DNA of 35,518 bases from Candidatus Thorarchaeota archaeon (GCA_048882385.1 JBHLRQ010000025.1:1-35518); one strand, 5' to 3'. Counted from the first letter of the stretch, positions 20,108 to 28,862 are shown. Translations and numbers: made by a program. Notes: a model not told the origin generated them from the sequence alone.

Positions 20108-20377
20108 ATGATGATGTTTAGCAGAATGCTTAGAAGACAAGGATTCTATCGAGTCAAAAACCAAGAAGACCCGGTGTACATGAAACACGGTGTTGGATTG
20201 GGCGGAATTTATGTAAGAATTGAACACAAGAAAGCTCTGATCCAGGTTCGAGACCTTGGAATAGAAGAGGAGTTCACCAGGGTCAAGAAGCTTGAGAATT
20301 TTATCAATGAACTTGAAGACACAGCCTATCGCGAGAAATGCTTCATCGTCCATAGAATGCGTGGAACCGGATCCTGA
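20108..20377 (+). CDS. Small hypothetical protein (89 aa)
   Basis: Protein-like alpha/beta composition, TATA-like TTTATATT at 20051-20058, and a hairpin plus T-rich tract downstream. Confidence 0.7.
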   Translation: MMMFSRMLRRQGFYRVKNQEDPVYMKHGVGLGGIYVRIEHKKALIQVRDLGIEEEFTRVKKLENFINELEDTAYREKCFIVHRMRGTGS

Positions 20378-20409
20378 TTCTCTCTCACACTCCTTCCTTA
20401 CGAATCTTG

Positions 20410-20428
20410 GGCCCGGTGAATCCGGGCC
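20410..20428 (+). terminator. GC-rich hairpin downstream of the small gene
   Basis: GGCCCGG-tgaat-CCGGGCC followed by tttccctcattttt. Confidence 0.45.
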
Positions 20429-20490
20429 TTTCCCTCATTTTACTAGGTTATGTTGATAAGTCGACTAATCGATATCATGTTTGAGTTGCT

Positions 20491-21849
20491 TTGAAGGACC
20501 TTGCCATCAGATATCAAGATGCAGTGGCTGAACGGGATTATTCGACAAGCTCTCTATTAATAGAGCAGGCACTGAAACAAGGAAATATTACTGATATGGC
20601 GAGAAGTCTCGAAACGATTGAAGGATCTGTTCACCATTTAACATTAGAAGTGAGGGATCATATCTTTCATACACTTGGTTTATGGGATGTTTACTTCGCA
20701 GTTCAGATGTCATCAACGGACGTTTTGAAATTGCTAAAAGATCAGGAAACACGCGAGAATGCTCGGATCTTCATGGTTGATTTCATAAGAAATCTCCTCA
20801 AGCGGAAAGACAAACGTTTTGATCAATTCTGTGTCAATATTCAAACTGTTAGCAAGGGGCATTACGCAGTTCTTGTGCCACAGATATTGGAGGAAAGAAC
20901 TGAAGAACTTCTTAAATGCAAGATTCAGTTTAATGAAGGTCCTCCTCCCCAATACTGTACTGCTGATTTGTTGGATACATACTATGGGGGGAAGATTGTC
21001 ACTGCTACTCATGGACACAGAGCCTTTGATATAGTAGTGAATGAAGCACAATACATCACAATAAGAGATAGTCTAGCATCCGCGGGTCTTGAAATAGATC
21101 CCATGCTCGTGAAAATGGATGATGATGAGTGGGAAGATTATCTGCAGAAAAGACGAAAGCCAGAGAGAGGAAAATCTTCAGGAGAGCTAGGTGAACTAGT
21201 AGTGCTTCATAGAGTAAAATCAGCTCGGTCCGATATTTATTCCAAACTGTTCAGAAAGCAAGTTGCTGCTCTGAATGCCATAGAGGCATCAAAAACTCAA
21301 CTTTGTAATGACATTCTAATGGATGTGATTACTAGTCCGACTCATCAGCTAAGGATGAGGGCACTAAGGCTTCTCAGTCAAACTGGTGACTTGATGACTT
21401 TGGAATTCCTTGCTGATCTAATGAAGAATGATCGTGATAGTTCAATCCGGAAAGAAGCAGCAAGAGTGTATTCATCCTTGTCTTCTATCTCTGCAGGCTT
21501 GGGACGTGTTTCACCTCCTGTTGTTATTACAAATCCTTTCCTCAAGCTCTCAAGAATCAACAACATACTGAACACTCTGATTTCAAAAAGAATGCCAACA
21601 ACTATGATTGACGAAACTATCCAGTCTATTGTCTACCAAGGGGGTTCTGATTCTACCGAGATGCTCTTGCGTCTTTTTAAACGACCACAAGAGGTTATTC
21701 GTCTAGCTATCATCAAAGCTTCACAATTGCTAGACAAACAAAGTGCTGCATTGATAATCAAGGAAGCTCTTAATGATGAATCTGAAGAAATTGTGAGACT
21801 AGCTGAGAAGGAAATTGATGCACGTTGGTCTGATGCAGTATGGGAATAG
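20491..21849 (+). CDS. HEAT-repeat (PBS lyase-like) protein with an uncharacterised N-terminal region
   Basis: LRMRALRLL, DRDSSIRKEAA, VIRLAIIKA, ALNDESEEIVRLA repeats in the C-terminal half. Confidence 0.78.
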   Translation: MKDLAIRYQDAVAERDYSTSSLLIEQALKQGNITDMARSLETIEGSVHHLTLEVRDHIFHTLGLWDVYFAVQMSSTDVLKLLKDQETRENARIFMVDFIRNLLKRKDKRFDQFCVNIQTVSKGHYAVLVPQILEERTEELLKCKIQFNEGPPPQYCTADLLDTYYGGKIVTATHGHRAFDIVVNEAQYITIRDSLASAGLEIDPMLVKMDDDEWEDYLQKRRKPERGKSSGELGELVVLHRVKSARSDIYSKLFRKQVAALNAIEASKTQLCNDILMDVITSPTHQLRMRALRLLSQTGDLMTLEFLADLMKNDRDSSIRKEAARVYSSLSSISAGLGRVSPPVVITNPFLKLSRINNILNTLISKRMPTTMIDETIQSIVYQGGSDSTEMLLRLFKRPQEVIRLAIIKASQLLDKQSAALIIKEALNDESEEIVRLAEKEIDARWSDAVWE

Positions 21850-21927
21850 TCAAAAAACATGGGCGACGAGACCGCTAGTGTAAATCTGTGCCATCACTGT
21901 TTGCGTCATTTGATTATTCAAGAGAAG

Positions 21928-22290
21928 TTATTCTTTGAGGTGCCTCAATACTGCCATCATGAAAGTGGTGGTTTCCAATTGGCTGTACATTGGTGTCGAT
22001 GAATCAATGTTGCCTCTTTCTAGTGTCTCATGTTGCTTCGCTGTGAAATCCAGCGATCTCGTCTTTTTTGCACCAAGTAATGGTGCGATGGGGCTCTCCG
22101 AGCCTGGTCCCCGTTGCTCGAAAAGCTTGCTCCACGGTTTTGCGTCCAGGTTACATTCGTGTTTGATTGCTACGTATCCGCGATCTTGTTGGAAAGAAAT
22201 CCTTGAGGAGAAGGAATACGAGGAGTTCATTATTGCATTCACCAAACTGTTTCGAATTTTCGCAGAAGTCGCAACTCTACACAATTGCAT
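21928..22290 (-). CDS. Possible hypothetical protein (alternatively a non-coding structured region)
   Basis: 120-aa ORF between a minus-strand TATA-like TTTTATATG (22341-22333) and a T-tract (21857-21852); no recognisable motifs. Confidence 0.3.
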   Translation of the reverse strand: MQLCRVATSAKIRNSLVNAIMNSSYSFSSRISFQQDRGYVAIKHECNLDAKPWSKLFEQRGPGSESPIAPLLGAKKTRSLDFTAKQHETLERGNIDSSTPMYSQLETTTFMMAVLRHLKE

Positions 22291-22392
22291 TGCTTATTTC
22301 GCAATTCCGATGATAATTATTTGCGAATATCGCATATAAAAGAACTGGTATAACCATCCAAGGAATAGTTCCTATTAGCCTTCAACCCTCAA

Positions 22393-23595
22393 TCATCTAC
22401 GAATTTTCGAAACCAAATATCTTGGCGCAATAGCTAAAATTGCACTACGAACCGATCTAAGTCCCAATAACATCTCCGCAATTACCCTACAGGACTTTTC
22501 TGAACTAAGGAAGGTCGATCCCATGGGCCTTGATCCTGACTCAAGGAATCTCTTCTGCAACCAGAGTCCCCATTTGAGATCAGCACCAAATGTACTGGTC
22601 CATGACTTCTCGTATCTAGAGAGAGCTGTCTCAGAGAAGTCTTTGTCCCTCAAACATTTTGAAACAGTTTCAGCGGCTTTGAAACCTCCCATCATTGAAT
22701 AGTAGATGCCCTCCCCTGTAATAGGTGAACAATGACCTGCTGCGTCTCCAGCGAGTAGAATTCGTTGTCCATATGACGGTTTCACGATACCAGCTAAAGG
22801 CATCAAAGCTGCTTCCTCTTTTACAATTACAGCTCCAACATCTTTCAATTCATCACTAATTGGCTTCACATTAGCAACAAGATGGTTAAGATAGTCAAAT
22901 GCTCTCTTGCTACTCTCCCTTACCTTGTTCACCAGACCACCTGTGCCAACAACAGTTTCATGATCTCTGGGAAAATTCCAGGCGTATCCTCTTGGAGAAA
23001 ATTCGGTACCGTAGTAGAAATCATTGGTATTTGACAATGTTTCTTCTGTTTTCATTTGATACTGAACAGCATATCCCATCTGTTCGTTTGTGGGTCTAGC
23101 TCTGACATGACCAAATCTTAGACTTGAGGGATTGGCTCCACTTGCATCGATCACTGCCTGACAAGAAAGAGTACTACTGATACTTCCCTTGGTGTACCGA
23201 ATCAAGCATCCATCCTTTGTGATATCTATTCTATTACATTCCGTATCTAACCATATCTCTCCAGAGCTCCTGTTCACACTATGAAGAAGTGCATTACCAA
23301 GGTTCTCCCTACTTACATTTACTCCTGCATACTTTTCCAAATTTACATGCCTGATCTCAAGATCGGGAAACTTCATTCTTATTGAATCGATAGGATGAGC
23401 ACCAGGTATATCCCCAAGATTGAATTCATCAATTGCACGATGCGGAACATATCCTCCGCATGCTTTGTCTTTTCCTGGAGCTGAGTCACGACTGATTAAC
23501 GTGTACGATATATCTAGGTCTTCGAGCTTTCGAGCAGCAATCAAACCCGCGGGACCTGCTCCAACTATGATGATGTCTGTATCTGTGTTGGTCAT
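22393..23595 (-). CDS. Geranylgeranyl reductase family protein
   Basis: GAGPAG, KACGG, IDASG, PRGYAWNFP, LAGDAAG..SPITGEGI. Confidence 0.9.
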   Translation of the reverse strand: MTNTDTDIIIVGAGPAGLIAARKLEDLDISYTLISRDSAPGKDKACGGYVPHRAIDEFNLGDIPGAHPIDSIRMKFPDLEIRHVNLEKYAGVNVSRENLGNALLHSVNRSSGEIWLDTECNRIDITKDGCLIRYTKGSISSTLSCQAVIDASGANPSSLRFGHVRARPTNEQMGYAVQYQMKTEETLSNTNDFYYGTEFSPRGYAWNFPRDHETVVGTGGLVNKVRESSKRAFDYLNHLVANVKPISDELKDVGAVIVKEEAALMPLAGIVKPSYGQRILLAGDAAGHCSPITGEGIYYSMMGGFKAAETVSKCLRDKDFSETALSRYEKSWTSTFGADLKWGLWLQKRFLESGSRPMGSTFLSSEKSCRVIAEMLLGLRSVRSAILAIAPRYLVSKIRR

Positions 23596-23685
23596 TGTTT
23601 GATTTGTGATGTGGAATGGCCCTAATAATCTTGGTCAAACATTAGTAAACGCTAAGTCATCACTCGAGAAAATGAAATTGTATGT

Positions 23686-23764
23686 GCGTGTACTGGTCCG
23701 CATCTTCACAACCGATGGGTTTACTCCGGGCCAGCTCGGAGGTCTTCTTTGGACCAGTACACGC
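23686..23764. repeat. 14-bp perfect inverted repeat enclosing two small hairpins
   Basis: GCGTGTACTGGTCC (23686-23699) and GGACCAGTACACGC (23751-23764). Confidence 0.7.
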
Positions 23765-24059
23765 TTACTCGCAAGTTCCGAATGAGTACACGTTTAATCC
23801 CATGGAGTACATCATATGAGGAGGAGAGAAGTGGGATGGAGAGAGAATGCTGTTTCACTCGGGGTGCGAGATCCCATTACTCAGGCCAGTGTCTTTCATC
23901 TGTTCCTGGACCTTGGAACAGTGCGTTTACTGTAGATATATACTGTACACTATTGTATATTGGACCTTGTAATATCCAGAGTTACTGATTTTCTCGCAAG
24001 TTTAATTACACACAAGAGGATTCAGTTTGTATTAGATTGCGTTGTAGGAGCAGGTGTAA

Positions 24060-24260
24060 ATGATTAGAATTTTGAAATTAGCCATTGCAATAGCTACCAT
24101 AGCAATCGGCTTGGCGGCTCTTTTTATCATAACGATCCCCTCAGCATTTTCAGCAAGTGTTACTGGCATTCCAAGCCTTGCAATAGTAGCTATAGTTGGA
24201 CTTGGTGCATTCATATTCGTGAGTGTTGTTTATGTTTATAGTTTCAAATCAAAGCGTTGA
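24060..24260 (+). CDS. Small two-TM membrane protein
   Basis: AGGTG SD, two hydrophobic helices, basic tail FKSKR. Confidence 0.6.
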   Translation: MIRILKLAIAIATIAIGLAALFIITIPSAFSASVTGIPSLAIVAIVGLGAFIFVSVVYVYSFKSKR

Positions 24261-25392
24261 TTTGCAACTACACTAACCTTGACTCAGGTAGTGTGGCTTG
24301 ATACTCATTATCATTAGTGTGTGTTCCCGTCGTTCTGATTGTATTCGTTGCTATCTAAAGAGGTAAGATGTAGTCTGTTCTACCTGCTGGGTTTCATTAG
24401 ATAGAAACGTTGTAACTTCGATCAAGTGATGAATAATTGCAGTGTGGTGAGAATCAAGAGCATCGGGTCAGACAGAAGCTTTTTTGGGTGTCTAACTCTC
24501 GTATTATATATTAACCATGGTTAATTTATTTCAATTCCAACACTCAATTCTTGACGATTTTTCGAAACATAATATTAACCCATCATTGATTTTTTTAAAT
24601 GATTGTTAAAATATATATTAGCCCTTCAATGGTACAATTTGTTCCAAAATGAATTTTTTATAGGCATCATTAAATTGATAAAATTACAATCAGTTTTTTT
24701 ACAACTATACAAGAATTCAAGCTTCTTTCAAGTATGTAATCCAACTTTCGCGACTTCTGAAATACTTCTTATACTCACTTTCTGTGCTATAAAGTCTATT
24801 CGATAACAAAGCTAGTAAACAATCCTGGTTCTTCACGCAAAAAACTAGGGATACACACATTCTGAGTATGAGTATATCACTATTCCCGATCTACACATTC
24901 TTTATGTACTCAAAAAATGAATACAGGTTGAATGCAACATTCTAATTGATTTTTTAGAGTACAGTGTTATTAGTTGATTATGTTGGATTCAGGATATTTC
25001 AATAATGGTGATGCCAATGGTGATAACTTCCTCTGAAATGTTTTTTGAATTTTGAATAAGGGGAAGTAAAGGAAAATATTAGATGATTGTAAAAATAATA
25101 TGATATATATTAAACCTTTCGAAAAATGGACACTCAGAAATTCTTTGCTTTCGATTTTTCGAAAACCTATGGAAATTGACAATTTGATGTCTTGAGGATG
25201 CACGAGAAGTCACAGAATATACTACTATACTTTGCATAAGCTGAATGAAATCACTCTTGGATTAGAAGTTCTAATTATGTCATTTAGCCTAATCACATAT
25301 CATTTATATCTCGAATCAGAGTATCGACATGTACAATACAAAGTCGCTAGGGACTCAGTGTCACAAACAATTGTCCTGAATCGGAAGCAAGG

Positions 25393-25767
25393 TTGGCAAA
25401 ACAAATGGTTACGATCTTCATAGTAGATGACGAAGCAATCCTTCATCGTCTATACAAAGATGTCTTTAGTATCAAAGGACATGAAGTCGTAGCAGATGCT
25501 TTTGATGGTGTAGAAGCTGTTGAGAAATACATGCAACTGGATCCTAAACCTGATGTAATCATTCTTGATCATAGGATGCCTAATCGTGACGGCATGGCTA
25601 CGATGAAGGAGATTTTGAATCTTGAACCAGGGGCAAAGATTGTCTTCATTAGTGCAGATGCCAATGTTAGAGAACAAGCTATGACCAATGGTGCTTCCAG
25701 TTTTGGTTTAAAGCCGGTGACAATTCGTCATATGCTTGACCTTGTTGAAAGTGCAGTGTCAGACTAA
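25393..25767 (+). CDS. Stand-alone response regulator receiver (CheY-like)
   Basis: IVDDE, phospho-acceptor ILDHRMP..DG, ISA, LKP all intact. Confidence 0.92.
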   Translation: MAKQMVTIFIVDDEAILHRLYKDVFSIKGHEVVADAFDGVEAVEKYMQLDPKPDVIILDHRMPNRDGMATMKEILNLEPGAKIVFISADANVREQAMTNGASSFGLKPVTIRHMLDLVESAVSD

Positions 25768-26194
25768 GAATTCTTGCGACATTAATCAATCAGATTCTAG
25801 GGGGCAATTTTTCCTGAGTGAAGTACCGCATTCTGGTGTGTTGGTAGCCGGAGAGATACCTTTACTTCGTGTTCTACTAAAGATGGCCTTAGAAGATAGT
25901 GGATTTGATGTATGTGGCGAGGCTAATGACTCTCAAGAGCTTCTAGTCTTGTGTCAGAGTCAGAAGCCATCAGTTGTCCTTATTGATTTCAGCATGGACC
26001 AGATTGAACTTGTACGTCTCATTGAAAACATCCTTGATATTGACCCCGTGATTGCTGTCGTCGTTATTTCGGATCCAATTGATGGACAGGGAGAAACTGT
26101 GCTTGCAGCCGGAGCTAGGGCGTATCTTCAAAAACCATTCAGTATGTTCGATATGACTGATATGGTTAGGAAAGTAAAGCCAATATACAGTTGA
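25736..26194 (+). CDS. Atypical stand-alone receiver domain protein
   Basis: Receiver fold (VCGEAND, VVLID, VIS, AGARAYLQKPF), but VAGE replaces the acidic VDD. The start is uncertain, possibly CTG 25814 or GTG 25838. Confidence 0.82.
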   Translation: MTLLKVQCQTKNSCDINQSDSRGQFFLSEVPHSGVLVAGEIPLLRVLLKMALEDSGFDVCGEANDSQELLVLCQSQKPSVVLIDFSMDQIELVRLIENILDIDPVIAVVVISDPIDGQGETVLAAGARAYLQKPFSMFDMTDMVRKVKPIYS

Positions 26195-26196
26195 TT

Positions 26197-26961
26197 TTAT
26201 TCTGGCAAACGTGCGTCAGGGAACGCTGAGATTCCATCAGATCCTATCTTGAACATGATGGGCCGCATAGCATGATTGGCACCACGCATTTTTACAACCC
26301 TTATCGTTCGAAGATAATCTCCAGCAGAATAGAGCATATTGAGCTTGACCACTCCATCACATATGAAGAACGGCATCTCATCACTCTGTGCGTTTTCACC
26401 AGCCCTCAATTCATGCGTTAAGACTATTGTTGATTCCCAGTCTACTATCTCGCGTATAAATCCATAGACTAGCTGACGAATCTCAGATAGGTTTCCTGCG
26501 AGTTCTAAAAGGGGTCCTAACCCATCAACCACAATTCTCTTTGCATTTGTTTCTGATGCCTTCTTCCTTACTAGTTCTGCCAGTCTAGGGACAGTAAATG
26601 GTTGTTCACGAAGTAGCGGATGATCAAATCCAATAACATATTCGTAACTTGTTTCGGTTGGCACAAGTTTCAAGGTTCCGCTTAGTATTGTCAGGGTTCC
26701 TGAGTCTATCGCGTCCTTTGGATTCCAACCAAAATCAGTCATGTCCTCTACAATCATGTCCGAAGTCTGGTCTAACGAAAGCAGAAGTCCATTTTCACTG
26801 TTTGCAACCCCCTCAAAGAGGAAATGCCAAGCCAGGATACTCTTTCCTGTACCCGGACCTCCTGCTAGTAATGTTGAACGACCTTTGACGTAACCACCCT
26901 CAAGTAGTTCATCAAGACCCGTTACGCCTGTACTCACACGAGTTTTCGACATGCGAATCAC
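26197..26961 (-). CDS. Single-domain KaiC-like (RAD55-type) ATPase
   Basis: RVSTGVTGLDELLEGG, Walker A GGPGTGKS, Walker B IVVDG, CDGVVKL, VVKMRG. Probable start ATG 26952. Confidence 0.9.
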   Translation of the reverse strand: MIRMSKTRVSTGVTGLDELLEGGYVKGRSTLLAGGPGTGKSILAWHFLFEGVANSENGLLLSLDQTSDMIVEDMTDFGWNPKDAIDSGTLTILSGTLKLVPTETSYEYVIGFDHPLLREQPFTVPRLAELVRKKASETNAKRIVVDGLGPLLELAGNLSEIRQLVYGFIREIVDWESTIVLTHELRAGENAQSDEMPFFICDGVVKLNMLYSAGDYLRTIRVVKMRGANHAMRPIMFKIGSDGISAFPDARLPE

Positions 26962-27156
26962 TAGCCATTCAATGAAGTGTTCAGTTTTAACCTTTCAGAA
27001 AGAACGATACAATTAGAATACATCCTCGAAACCTTAATTTCTAATCAACCCAGATTACGCGGAGAAAAGCACTAGAAGCCTTTTGATTGTCATAACCAGC
27101 GAGAACCAAGAGGAGCAGGATTTAGCAAGGCTTGCCAATTTCACGGATGATGTACG

Positions 27157-28737
27157 TTGACAGACGACCCGATAATACCGGAGTTCATGATGTATAGTGT
27201 AGGTCTAGAGGACTCTGAATTAGAAGAACTACGGAATCGTCTTTCAGTACAATCCCGCTCCACAAAAGATCGGTTCATGCTTTTTACAGATATCTTAATC
27301 GAATATGTTGGGAGTGGAGAGTGGAGAAACAGAAGTCCTTCATTCCTTGCAATGTGTGCTAAAGCCTGTTTTCTTAGGGGAATGTATGGATACAATCAGA
27401 TTTTAGCTAAGGATTCTCAAAATCTCACCTGCAAAGGATACGCTGCTGCGGCATATTGCAGACAAAGTCTTGATCCAAGATGGCTAAACAACCTTAGAAA
27501 TATTACAAACCAAACATGGCAAGCAAAAGACTACATTTCATTTGCTGAGCTATCTGGTCAATTAGCATCCGTACTAATTGATTTAGGCTACGCGGATCAT
27601 GCCCGACAAGTTGCTTCTGAAAGCATTGAAAAAGTGACTCTTGCCACCGCAAAAGACACAGCTATCCGTAATATGGTTCAGGCTGCTCTCTTAAGTGCTA
27701 GAATAATCCTTGCATTCATTTCAGTGTCTTCAGAATCTCGTGAAGAAGGACACATTCGTCTTGATTCTGCTCAAGATACAGCAACACATCTTGATCATCA
27801 GCTAGCTTTGAATGACATCAAGTTATACAAAGGCCGAGCTCTTGAAGATGTCTTTGAACATGATAGAGCGCTCCCCTTGGTGACATCAGCACTTCGAAAA
27901 TATGAGAAAATGGGTTATTCTTATGGAGTGGCAATAGCACAGAATCTTAGAGGAGTAATTCAACTAAATATGGGTCAACTACAGGAAGCCCGTGACCAGT
28001 TTGAGGAACTACTTATTATTCAACAGCAACTCAATAATCAGGTAGGACTTGCGAAAACTCTGATTAATGTTGGAGAGATTGATAGGGCTCTTGACCAGAT
28101 TGCCCAGATGGAAACGTACAATCGCAGAGCTCTGGAGATAAGTCAAGAAGCTGAGTACATGAGAGGGATCGCCACAGCTACTGTGAATTTAGGTGATGTC
28201 GCACTTATGAAAGGCGATGCTGAAGAAGCACTGAGATTTTACAACGAGGGAATAAAAATCGCAGACGGTGCAGGGATGAAAGCAACCTTAGCTTTGACTC
28301 TTTTTCAAGCTGGGGATGCTAATTTTATTCTACATAGATTCGATGAGGCAATTGCTTTCTATCGCAAGGTTAAGAAACTGTCTACTGAAATCGCTCATCT
28401 TCTCTATGCTTTCAACGCGAAAGCCAGCGAGGTTGTAACAATTTGGGAGGATGGTGGAAAACCAAAAAACGACCTCTTGAAGAAATTGCGATCCATCTTA
28501 GGTAAGCTAAAAGACTGGAGTGAATCACCAGATTCTGAGATGATGAGAAATGTCAGAAGAACTGTTTTGGAAGATCCAGCTAGTGACAGTGACCTCTGTG
28601 TGTTCTTTGATGGTGAGAAAAGCTTCGAATGCAGAGTAGAGAGGAAGGGTCTTAGGAAGGAGTGTTTTGGAAATCTCTATTGGAAAGGAGGGCTTTGTCC
28701 TTACTTCAAAGAATTCATGACTCACCTTGAAGAGTAA
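27157..28737 (+). CDS. TPR protein (long-linker GPSM/MalT/Rap-like TPRs) with a Cys-rich C-terminus
   Basis: About 40-aa repeats (GVAIAQNLRG, GLAKTLINVG, GIATATVNLG, TLALTLFQAG); C-terminal CX10CX10CX10C. Confidence 0.85.
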   Translation: MTDDPIIPEFMMYSVGLEDSELEELRNRLSVQSRSTKDRFMLFTDILIEYVGSGEWRNRSPSFLAMCAKACFLRGMYGYNQILAKDSQNLTCKGYAAAAYCRQSLDPRWLNNLRNITNQTWQAKDYISFAELSGQLASVLIDLGYADHARQVASESIEKVTLATAKDTAIRNMVQAALLSARIILAFISVSSESREEGHIRLDSAQDTATHLDHQLALNDIKLYKGRALEDVFEHDRALPLVTSALRKYEKMGYSYGVAIAQNLRGVIQLNMGQLQEARDQFEELLIIQQQLNNQVGLAKTLINVGEIDRALDQIAQMETYNRRALEISQEAEYMRGIATATVNLGDVALMKGDAEEALRFYNEGIKIADGAGMKATLALTLFQAGDANFILHRFDEAIAFYRKVKKLSTEIAHLLYAFNAKASEVVTIWEDGGKPKNDLLKKLRSILGKLKDWSESPDSEMMRNVRRTVLEDPASDSDLCVFFDGEKSFECRVERKGLRKECFGNLYWKGGLCPYFKEFMTHLEE

Positions 28738-28862
28738 ATTTTATTCACAATCTATTCATAGATACGGTAACTTGCATCAGATTGAAGCAACGTGAATGCG
28801 CGACATATGCTTATATTCCAGTACAACGCAACTTCATCTGCGCAAGCAAGGGGACATCCGAT

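Noticed and set aside
13887-20377. Selenoprotein read-through at TGA stops with SECIS hairpins
   Set aside because: The TGA codons fall at natural protein ends, not at catalytic Cys positions, and the nearby hairpins lack a convincing UGA/GA quartet.
21850-22392. RNase P or SRP RNA
   Set aside because: Only isolated words match (GGAGCAAG, UGUAA); there is no P4 GAGGAAxxUCC/CR-V pair and no SRP helix 8 motif.
23686-23764. tRNA gene (79 nt)
   Set aside because: No cloverleaf and no T-loop GTTCRA or D-loop signature on either strand.
24500-25200. Replication origin, and ORFs 24603-24806 and 24970-25203
   Set aside because: No ORB-like repeats and no cdc6/orc1 nearby; the ORFs have the composition expected of AT-rich noise.
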